From: Acidimicrobiia bacterium
Lineage (GTDB): Bacteria > Actinomycetota > Acidimicrobiia > Spongiisociales > SHLN01
DNA: 45,544 nucleotides
Direction: 5' to 3'
Assembly (NCBI GenBank): GCA_041619515.1
Contig: JBFKDW010000014.1
Location: 1 to 45,544 of the forward strand
Part shown: piece by piece, positions 41,501 to 45,544 of the stretch
How the letters are laid out: each line of letters begins with the position of its first letter
Numbering within the stretch: position 1 is the stretch's first letter
Notes under the pieces: generated by a model
Seen by the model: only the letters and a program-made list of their open reading frames with translations
Databases searched by the model: none
Told to the model about the DNA's origin: nothing
Position numbers and translations under genes: made by a program

Positions 41501-44500
41501 GACGGAATATCGGTGCTGGACTCCAACGCGGCGGCCGTGGGGGCCAACCTCACCGTTGGGGTGGGTGGGTTGTTCACGACCCCGGTGCTCGATCCCGAGC
41601 TGGAGGTCAAAGGTGACGACGTGATCTTGAAGGGCCTCGAGTTCGCAAGCACCGCCGACGACAGCACAGTGCGCGAGCTCGCCATCAACCGGTTCCAGTG
41701 GTGGTCCATCGACCTCGACGGCGTGGCACCGGACACCCTCGACTCGATCGTCGTCGAGAACACGGTGCTGGGCGGAACGAGCCCCGCCGACTTCTCGCTG
41801 GATGCCGCCAGCGTCATGAGCAGCGGGGTGGCCGGCGACGACCTGACCAACTCGACCATCCGCAACAACATCATCGGGTATCTGTCGGGCCACGGCATCC
41901 ATCTCGACGACGGGTCGGCCGACAACCTGGTCGAGGCCAACGAGGTGCGGGCCGTCAACACCGGCATCTATCTCAAAGGGTCCGGGGCCGGACAGCCGGC
42001 CAGGATGACGCTGCGGGGCAACGCCTTCCTGGAGGGAAGCTTCTGGGGCATCCGCACCTGGAACAGCGCCGGCGATCATGTCATCACCGAGAACACGGTT
42101 CGGCTGGGCGGGGCTTGGGGCATCGACCTCGATGGCCCCAACTTCACCGTCACCGGCAACATCATCACCGACAACGGTGACGACGGCATCTACGTTCGAC
42201 CTTCGGTCAGCGATGCCCTCATCTCCCAGAACCGGTTCGGGAACAATGCCGAGCTGGCCATCGACCTCTTCGGAGTCAACGACATCGACCTCAACGACGA
42301 CGGCGATGCCGACCTCGGAGCGAACGGTCTGCTCAACTTCCCCGTGATCGAATCCGCCTTCGTGGTTGCCGGCAACCTGACGGTGACGGGTTTTGCCGGG
42401 CCGGGAGTCGGCATCGAGTTCTACGAAGCAGTCGGGGCGGCAAATGATCAGAATGGCGGCGGTACCCCCCACGGGGAGGGCATCGCCTATCTGTTCGGGG
42501 ACACCGAGGGCTCAGCCAGTGACGCCGACCCCACGGCGGGCTCGTACTCGTCGCCCGACTTCGGAGCCGACTCCTCGGCGCAACGATTCAGCTTCACCGT
42601 GCCGCTCCCGGCGGGTCTGGCCGTCGGCGAGCAGATCTCGGCGCTGGCCATCGACGCCACCGGCAACACCTCCGAGTTCGGTCCCAATGCGACCGTGGTG
42701 GCGGGTCAGAACATCTCAGGGGTCATCTTCGAAGACATCGCCGGGGATCTGCTCGCCGACGGGGCCATCGGCGGCCCCCTCAACCCGGGAGCTGCCAACG
42801 CCACGGTCCGGTTGTATCGGGACACAGGAAACGGCATACCCGGCGGCAGCGATGTCCTCGTTGCCACGGCGACGTCCAGCCCGGCCGGTGCATACGCCTT
42901 CACCGGCCTCGGCCCGGGAACCTATTTCGTCGCCGTGGACTCGAGAACCGTATCGCCGGCCGCCGGTGTGAATGCATCTCCCGCCGATGACGACGATGTG
43001 TGGGCCGAGCAGACCTACGGGCCCGCCGGCGCCTACGACGGCGGGTTCGCGGGAGCCGCCGGTGCCTTCTTCGGCGGGAAGACCGCCAACCTTGCCGACG
43101 ACGCTGCCTCGCTGGCCTCGGCCGAACATATTGCCCGGGCCATCATCGCCGGTGGAGCTGTTGCCAACCTCGATTTCGGGTTCAGCTTCAACGTCGTGAC
43201 CAACCTCGAAGCCGGTGATGCGACGGACGCCGATCCCGCTGCCGACCGGGTGTTCCAGGGGTCGCTGCGCCAGTTCGTCCTCAATGCCAACGCGCTGGCA
43301 GGCGCCAACCGGCTCCGCTTCACCCCGGCGGTTGCGACCAACGCCACCGACGGCGGCGGCAACGACTGGTGGCGGATAGATGTGACCAGCCCGTTGCCGG
43401 TCATCGACGACGCCTTCACCACCATCGACGGGACCGCCCACGACGCGGCCGACGGGGCCACCGTCGTCGATTCCAACCCGCAGATTCTCGGCTATGTCGG
43501 CCCGGTGGGCACCGGCCCCGACGGCGTCGCCGGCACGGGGGACGAGCCGGCCCTCTCCGGAGTGGCGGCACCCGAGCTGGAGATAACCGGTCCCCAGTCG
43601 TTCGACGGGCTGCAGCTGGCGGCCGGGGCCGACGACTTCGTGCTGGAGAACATCAGCATGTGGGGCTTCGACAGCATCCTCAGAGAAACCGGCGTCGGCC
43701 GTTCGATCGTTCGCACCAGCATCCTCGGCTCCGGGCCGGGCGCCATCGCCGACCCGGGTGCCGGTCTGCGCACGTGGACCTCGGCGGTCGTGCCGGACGC
43801 CTCCCCGGATGGGCTGGTCGAGGGCAGCTTCATCGGCTTCACGGGCGGTTCGGCGCTCTCCCTCGATCCGGTTTCCCCGCTCGGCTCGGACTGGACGGTG
43901 CGCCGCAACGAGATCCGCGACGGGGCGACGATCCGGGCGGTTGCGACCGTGTGGGACGGCGTCCAGATCGGTGACAGCGCGCTCGTCGAGGAGAACTACA
44001 TCACCAATAGCGGGGGCCACGGCATCGACGGGTGGCGCTCGGACGGGCCGGCAGTCATTCGCGAGAACACCATCACCGGCAATGGGCATGGAAACGGAAC
44101 GCCCCGCCAAACCGCCGGCATTCGCCTGTATGGATCGGGCCACGTGATCGAACACAACCTCATCACCGGCAACGTCGGGCCCGGCATCAGCCTCACCGGT
44201 GACGTCCCGGCCTGGCCGGACGGCTCACCCGCCATACAGAACCGGGTGAGCATGAACCAGTTTGGCGGAAATGGTGGCATCTCGATCGACCTGGTGGCGA
44301 CCGGCGGCGGCGACGGTGAACAGGGTGACGGGATCACACCCAACGACGGGTCCACCGATCCCACCCACGGAAACATCGCCATCGACTATCCGGTGATCGC
44401 CAGCGCCACCATCGGCGGCGGCACGACCACCGTGGTGGGAACCGGTTGTGCCGCCTGTGAAGTCGAGGTCTACCGGGCGGCGCCCGACGCCGACTTCTCC

Positions 44501-45544
44501 GACAACACCGACCCGGTTGGTGGAACCGGGTCAGACCACGGTGAGGGGCTCGAATACCTGGGTACCACCTTTGCCGACGGGACGGGCAACTGGTCCCTGG
44601 TCACGACAGCGCTCGTGACCGGCGATGCGGTGAGCTCCATCGCCATCGACGCCGCCGGCAACACATCGGAGTTCGGTGCCAACCTCGTCGTCGGAACACC
44701 CGACCTGTCCGTGACCAAGGTGGATTCACTGGTCGGCGACGGAAACGGAAACGGCAAGGTCGACCCGGGCGACACGGTGCGTTATCTCATCACGATCTCC
44801 AACACCGGCGACGGCTTCCTGACAGGGATAACCCTCTCCGACCCGCTCGTCGATCCCGAGATCACGCTCTACGACGGCACCGTCGTCGCCAGCCAGGGGA
44901 GTGTTGTCACCGGCAACAGCCCCGGAGACACCTCGGTTATCGTCGACGTCGGCGCGCTGGCCCCGGCCGCCAGCGCCACAGTCCAGTTCAACGTCCAGGC
45001 ATCGAGCGGCGCCTCGCCGTATGTGGCTTCAGTCTCCAACCAGGGCATCGTGGCCAGCGACCAGCTGGCGGACAGGCTCACCGACGACCCCGACGATGCC
45101 ACCTCGAACAGCGATCCGACTGCCGTGACGCTCAATCACATTCCGAGCCTGGCCGACGACGCCTTGACTGTCTCCGAGGACAGCGGGACCAGCGCAGTGG
45201 CGGCCCCAGGGGTGCTGGGCAACGACACGGTGCACGACGGGGTGAGCACACTCGCCATCGCGAGCGGGCCGGCCAACGGAGCCGCCAACATCGCTCTCGA
45301 CGGATCCTACGACTACACCCCCGACCCCCACTACTTCGGTCTCGACTCGTTCGACTACGAGGTGTGCGACCTCGACGGCGACTGCCGCACCGCCACGGTG
45401 GCGATCACGGTGGATCCGGTGAACGATGAGCCGGGGTTTGTGCCGGGTGGTGATGTGGTGGTGGCCGAGGACAGCGGTGCCTATAGCGCTCCGTGGGCTT
45501 CGAGTATCTCGGTGGGTCCGGCCAACGAGTCGGCCCAGATCGGC
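26549..45544 (+). CDS. Giant secreted multi-module surface protein (>=6332 aa, 3' end beyond the window): 9 x [SdrD-B-like Ig + conserved core + right-handed beta-helix + Ig], then DUF11 and cadherin/Big_9-like domains
   Basis: GTG 26549 follows an in-frame TGA at 26528. Sec signal MKRGPLSQFVALALLATVLVQAGSVPPALA. The ORF track lists no + ORF in this frame after 26549, as expected if no stop occurs. The frame still reads as protein at the end (NDEPGFVPGGDVVVAEDSG...). Confidence 0.9.
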   Translation, partial: MKRGPLSQFVALALLATVLVQAGSVPPALAGVSVSGRVFVDTAGNLLAGAEAIGDAANPVEAGVTTQLWFDANGNSVLDAGDTQEDFVDTDASGAYNLSSIENGDHWVVVDSGDINTAGAVAEQTYGPIGAVCTNGDGPETQTIRGTAGACYGGRRGDTADNFDITGNAEHIAYLANGAVASNVDFGFSYNVVTRVSYAASGGGQGTFTAFIENANKLAGANTMRFVPAVPTNAAGSGRNWWRVTATNGAPLDNAFPMVTDPFTTVDGTAHSLLDGTILEGTAGDPNPGVTGYVGPVGTGADGRAGTGDEPLLDGLERPELEIKNDRSVQAKTGLDFRADDSTVRRIAIYGFGGVYPADQLFGDVVFGQWGAGVNRVVFEDSIVGTSAEDFAAPPAAERSSISGVLSFDSSGRVQGNLMGWTDTSALRLRNAVSPGGGAPSFLVADNEVRSAGLASDVSDGMDSTSSQDMDILRNLVTGSGASGMDFYTGAGGNLIEDNTITGNGVGTVGNPWGVPSEPNGITVYGSGDVIRHNVISGNYSAGILVTDGATNVTITENSMFDNGEDAIPAKNPPTSPPSDPSGQVGIDLVATGGNNGFGDPPYYTLNDSGDGDGGGNGLLNFPIIDTVAIVGSDLELTGWARPGSSIEFFIADTDPAGFGEGETFLATRVEGSGSDLDGGASAYSGAINGIDQGSDNTNRYRFLIPLASLPPVSGGMEFTATATVGTRTSEFSGVAPLDLAVAGQVFEDVAGDGVKDGGDPGRDGVDVSLYADDGDGVPDGGDALVDSTVTAGGGNYTLAGGIGLHWVLVDSSDVTPSAGGSGVAEQTYGPIGGICTNGDGPETQRTLAANGACFGGRRGDTADNFIIGTDAEHVAGVTLDASTLDFGFSFNVVTRTAYLNEQGTLERFVRNANSVTGPNDMRFVPAVPTNQSGGGGDWWRITVGNGAPVSEAFPPITANSTSIDGTAHSLLDGTVLEGTAGDPNPGSTGYAGPVGTGADGVSGTGDEPTLDGVLKPELEIVNDRAVQATRGFYIQADDVTVRRLAIYGFGQTDLNDQLGEAFRVGQFGNGNTGFLFEDNIIGAGAGGFTDPGAGNRLSSSAFQMSESTGTIRGNLIGFTRKSAVRTWDFAAPGPGIPSVVITGNEIRQAGITSDVYDGVDAVRSVGIHLIGNLVTESGGDGFDTWTDSVTPGDNLVEDNTISFNGRNYFDDTAGAPEPHGMRLFGVDHVVRHNVIHDNYGSAIMVDDNAGGIIITENSMFGNGDLVSGAAPPGPPTQKPGIDLIATGGDTEWGEDHLGPIYPTLNDDGDADTGGNDLTNYPVIDTAEIAGANLVLTGWSATGADIEFFVADPDPFGLGEGETFLTRQTEGVADGDGGLGSYTSPVNGIDQGDETNVARFSFTVPLASLASPVVGGEQLTATGAVGGQTSEFGGLVTVTSSSFSGTVFEDIAGDAVKDGGDPGRGSVDVRLYLDDGDGVPDGGDTLVDSDTTAADGSYALVAGAGNHWIVVDSGDVTPSAGGGGVAEQTFGPIGAVCTNGDSPETQTSRATAGPCYGGRRGDVVDNFDISSNAEHVALVAGVAAGLDFGFSFNVVTRTSDADSQGTLRRFVNNSIAGTGANAMRFVPAVPVTVDLDAVPGTGDEWWTIVLSAPLPALTASDTTIDGTAYDLADGSTVRDTNLGTGGNPELAGAGVGTGADGVAGTGDDPSLPPYPRPELEIDADNTSDPLTISSSNTTIRRLALFDADAFQAAVVVSGGTGSLIESNFLGPRADGTDPGAGDRIQHGIDVNGGEADVFDNFIAYGEDGGVLARDSAAIRGNDIYRMALSDPNGDGISVEGSVVADSIDVRENRVHRVGGYTFESWQAAGGYTVEDNTFMNAGEGGGVEDGGVRVFGSDSIFRHNIVSNNAGHGLVLAEWTSPGDNARNLISQNSFSGNGGVAIDQDHTNIGGAPPNGDGITLNSGAPATCGYDASRTNEGIDYPVITSALDGGATTTVVGTACPGATVEVYRALANGFTDNTDPVGGTGTDHGEGQVYVGSAVADGSGNWSFVDAGLNSTDVITALALDATANTSEFGANAIVTAAATSSVSGTVFEDIAGDALPGIEAVGDATNPGVGGVNVYLFNDDGGVAGQPDPTDTLAAGPIASAGDGSYSFPALADGTYFVAVESLTVAPSQPLQAAGYAGVAWAEQTWAADGAYCADGAGGTIQLAAAGPCYGGAGGATPDAANPADATTFEHITRAVVSGASVGAVDFGFSFNVFVSDSGFTNWPVYTSPHEQGSLDQALLNAFVLDGPNSLRFVPAVPPTVTTGSGDWWSIDFIAGGDDAPIDIEDEDTVVDGTAFSFTDGITVRDTNPGFMGANAAGGMTVGVDGLPLPQVEKPELEIIGRLDVSDQRPEPDVADRSVIRDLAIWGSVANGNLNLNGFNAGVTSDLVFERLVIGSRPDAFADAGAGSLAAIRAGNGNWPNVTVRDSLIGWAGLHGMITDPGWTITGNEIRALSNYGVYSVAGTAVVSGNLLAENLGNKSDNAVGDLWENNSIVDSTSYGLALESGGHTARRNIITGNGADGIEVWSDQGSAHTPSIGNIISENLFGGNGGIAIDLWDSGAGSDGITVNDGATDPLSGNEGLDQPVVTSTSYVGGTATINGTACSGCLIEIYRGVADPDASDTRSLGDADDGNYGEGVQLLTPLGSPVVAAGGSFAFVTGALAAGEYVTMTARDPGTGNTSEFSRNARVGWEVAGTVFEDVDGNVLDGGELIGDAGNPVVDGVDVWIYLDDGDNIPDGGDTLEAGPVATAGGGAFAFPNLPDGVFWVVADSRDMSPAAGIDASYSATTPQSDQTYGPGGGWCADGLGGTVERAGGGPCFGGKDGSAADNPATLAGAEHLARIVVSGSDVANVDFGFSYNVVTNLQAAFGASLDVASYQGSLDQFLRNANAITGPNAMRFVPAVPTNGAGGGGTWWRIDYSGMAAGQTPVMSHDAGTTVDGTAFSLADGTTVLDTNPGFLGANAGGGMTVGVDGIALPQVERPELELMRSDSGIGDAFAVDYNAATGQVPDGFTLNDLSTWGFANGVRMVGGALRPSGITIQRNVIGAAPDGLVDPLVPGTLWALYLRAVDDGFITDNLLGFVDRDGVVIADTTGWTVTGNEIREAAQVVAGADGLNDGAGSSGNAIIGNLIVDSGGMGIDGTSTGSVIQNNSVSGSGVLGLQTAGIRKTDGPNTISRNVLTANAGPGVLIPDSDSGNHISENDFSANGSIAIDLVVAGGSTDGGDGISVNDGATVGTTGNLGFDYPIIDSATISGGNLTVTGWARPGAQIEFYEAAGLLDDENTGGTAHGEGIDWLFTATEGSGSDADGSSGGYADPDYGSDAAAERFSFTVVAPAGLAAGDEISATGTDGGSNTSEFGPNAVVGFGIAGTIFVDTAGDGLADGPIGPAPNPFEAGTRVELFLDGGDGLPDGTDDVYQGFTVSSLADGSYAFTGLAAGVYWVTVDSQGVVEGPYNAGYSGADTWPEQTYGPAGAASFDGAAWSFAAAAGPFYGGAEWDVSDDFPLTTSLATAEHIARVDTTGGSAGTMDFGFSFNVVTNTRGGSAAQDPGAGAGQRSVQGSLRQFLTNANAIDGPHTLRFVPAGPTNATDGAGHDWWSVVVTAGLPAITDEDTSIDGRAYSSADGTTIRDDNGGVLGAGGTVGVAAVGLSPVARPELEIVNDRVTNPVPIGLDVAAGDVTIERIGIYGFGDVLGGNIRVGSGAASNFTGTQIRNSVIGSGAAAFADPGAVARSSHFNVIVRGADAGTVADNLIGFGGNSGILLLDQADVWTITGNEVRGNAISSTNSDGIGTQGGGSDGHTVSGNLIVGQQGFGLELNGSLGSHTVTDNTITGNGFGGTETGGIDLYGTGSTIQGNIISSNAGPGVLVQAFEAARPGTPAVNNRISANHFTLNGGPSIDLNAFGSDRQLGDGITLNDGGPANLCGYNNTAGAEHGNEGLDYPTITSALWDGASVTVDGTGCENATIEIYRAVAGAGDTDGNGDDHGEGVEFIGSTVSSPAGAFTFVTAGFALGDEVSAIAIDGAGNTSEFALNLTVIDAESIAGTVFEDVAGDVLNDGVVGDANNPGAANATVRLYLDTGNGVPDGGDVLISTLATDAAGGYSFTGLAPGTYYVAVDSQTVDTAAGYHPVATPENVVWAEQTYGPAGSYDGSGFTGAAGAHYGGAGGSIADDFTTLAGSEHVARVIIAGAGVTGVDFGFSFNVVTNLDASVDAIWSNQTHQGSLDQFLRNAKLIVGPNAMRFVPAVPASQDPDATPGSGDEWWRIDLSAAPTALAWITDPFTTVDGTAFDSADGATVLDTNSGYLGANAGGGVTVGTAAVPLPQVARPELELYGPGGINFGLVLNVFPPAGTAGDDATITDIAIDRFSVAVRGTSIDDLTVSRSVIGSGPRTFADPGGQSAGVSVDLSSRLVVSDSLVGFNSSANVQAVTGTDITVTGSELRGGTTGSGSVALSDAGQDSLIQGNLIAGSGNDGIYVSGSVAPAGIVDNDVTGHGGTGIRLAESTGGHTVARNVVSGNGGDGVAVAANSPNNLITENAFGGNGESAIDLGTGGTAGDGITVNSGVAPACGYEAGARANDGIDYPTIVSAVDTGPSSTVTGTACANARIEIYRAVAGSGDTLAGTDYGEGTVFLGFTTADALGVWTYVDAAVSLGDELSTIAIDAAGNTSEFSPNASVVAFQIAGKVFEDIVGDVLNDGVINDAGNPGSGNVTLHLYQDGGDGVPDGVDDGAAIATTTTDATPGATLGDYSFGALPSGTYWVVADSKTVTPSAGVNSSPSDDDDVWAEQTYAAAGGYDGAGFLAAAGPLYGGRSGAGADDASGLATSEHVTRVVVGGSDVAGVDFGFSFDVVTNLEAGDGTDADPSADRVFQGSLRQFILNANAVAGANTMRFTPAVAVNGSDGAGNDWWRVDVATVLPVIDDAFTSIDGTARDVADGISVLDSNAAAVGANLTVGVGGLFTTPVLDPELEVKGDDVILKGLEFASTADDSTVRELAINRFQWWSIDLDGVAPDTLDSIVVENTVLGGTSPADFSLDAASVMSSGVAGDDLTNSTIRNNIIGYLSGHGIHLDDGSADNLVEANEVRAVNTGIYLKGSGAGQPARMTLRGNAFLEGSFWGIRTWNSAGDHVITENTVRLGGAWGIDLDGPNFTVTGNIITDNGDDGIYVRPSVSDALISQNRFGNNAELAIDLFGVNDIDLNDDGDADLGANGLLNFPVIESAFVVAGNLTVTGFAGPGVGIEFYEAVGAANDQNGGGTPHGEGIAYLFGDTEGSASDADPTAGSYSSPDFGADSSAQRFSFTVPLPAGLAVGEQISALAIDATGNTSEFGPNATVVAGQNISGVIFEDIAGDLLADGAIGGPLNPGAANATVRLYRDTGNGIPGGSDVLVATATSSPAGAYAFTGLGPGTYFVAVDSRTVSPAAGVNASPADDDDVWAEQTYGPAGAYDGGFAGAAGAFFGGKTANLADDAASLASAEHIARAIIAGGAVANLDFGFSFNVVTNLEAGDATDADPAADRVFQGSLRQFVLNANALAGANRLRFTPAVATNATDGGGNDWWRIDVTSPLPVIDDAFTTIDGTAHDAADGATVVDSNPQILGYVGPVGTGPDGVAGTGDEPALSGVAAPELEITGPQSFDGLQLAAGADDFVLENISMWGFDSILRETGVGRSIVRTSILGSGPGAIADPGAGLRTWTSAVVPDASPDGLVEGSFIGFTGGSALSLDPVSPLGSDWTVRRNEIRDGATIRAVATVWDGVQIGDSALVEENYITNSGGHGIDGWRSDGPAVIRENTITGNGHGNGTPRQTAGIRLYGSGHVIEHNLITGNVGPGISLTGDVPAWPDGSPAIQNRVSMNQFGGNGGISIDLVATGGGDGEQGDGITPNDGSTDPTHGNIAIDYPVIASATIGGGTTTVVGTGCAACEVEVYRAAPDADFSDNTDPVGGTGSDHGEGLEYLGTTFADGTGNWSLVTTALVTGDAVSSIAIDAAGNTSEFGANLVVGTPDLSVTKVDSLVGDGNGNGKVDPGDTVRYLITISNTGDGFLTGITLSDPLVDPEITLYDGTVVASQGSVVTGNSPGDTSVIVDVGALAPAASATVQFNVQASSGASPYVASVSNQGIVASDQLADRLTDDPDDATSNSDPTAVTLNHIPSLADDALTVSEDSGTSAVAAPGVLGNDTVHDGVSTLAIASGPANGAANIALDGSYDYTPDPHYFGLDSFDYEVCDLDGDCRTATVAITVDPVNDEPGFVPGGDVVVAEDSGAYSAPWASSISVGPANESAQIG
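26648..44692 (+). repeat. Nine diverged tandem protein modules of ~1.9-2.1 kb within the giant ORF
   Basis: GxVFED-type starts near 26648, 28772, 30875, 32819, 34772, 36797, 38819, 40739, 42713; DFGFSxNVV-type motif at 27101, 29204, 31307, 33311, 35252, 37280, 39281, 41222, 43172; each module ends in (N)TSEF. Confidence 0.9.
44699..45133 (+). other. DUF11 domain within the giant ORF
   Basis: PDLSVTKVD...VDPGDTVRYLITISNTGD...LSDPL...VGALAPAASATVQFNV...VSNQG. Confidence 0.75.
45134..45544 (+). other. Cadherin-like/Big_9 (tandem-95) Ig domains within the giant ORF
   Basis: NHIPSLADDALTVSEDSG...GVLGND...GPANG...DGSYDYTPDPHYFGLDSFDYEVCD...TATVAITVDPVNDEP. Confidence 0.75.

Noticed and set aside
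27767..44155. Long minus-strand ORFs (1021, 855, 479 and 358 aa and others)
   Set aside because: Antisense shadows of the giant + strand ORF caused by GC-rich codon bias; no recognisable domains
26549..45544. Diversity-generating retroelement or invertase-driven variation of the modules
   Set aside because: No reverse transcriptase or recombinase in the window, no near-identical template/variable repeat pair with adenine-specific mismatches, and the modules are diverged at synonymous sites
1..45544. tRNA, rRNA, riboswitch, integrase or transposase
   Set aside because: None recognised by eye in the intergenic regions or ORFs; tRNAscan and Rfam were not run, so small RNAs could be missed

Overview
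High-GC bacterial DNA that looks actinobacterial (inferred from gene content and from leaderless TANNNT promoters; possibly Acidimicrobiia). The left ~21 kb is accessory and mixed: a lipase-like hydrolase, a gpsA-like remnant, a PA2169-family protein, a YciI-like protein, a HEAT-repeat + zinc-metallopeptidase gene pair, an Lrp regulator, a SLC12-like cation-chloride cotransporter, a beta-CASP MBL nuclease, a GerMN/Gmad2 protein, several lipoproteins, an acyl-CoA dehydrogenase, a methyltransferase, VOC, SRPBCC and LLM oxidoreductase genes. A ~360-bp cluster of palindromic repeats with GAA loops comes next, then a core metabolic block (B12-binding mutase subunit, sucC, sucD, folD, icd). The last 19 kb (26549 to the window end) is one uninterrupted + strand ORF of at least 6332 codons, missing from the ORF track because it has no stop in the window. 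It encodes a giant secreted protein with nine ~640-710 aa modules (Ig-like domain, conserved core, variable beta-helix, Ig-like domain), then DUF11 and cadherin-like Ig domains. I recognised no tRNA, rRNA, CRISPR array, integrase or transposase.
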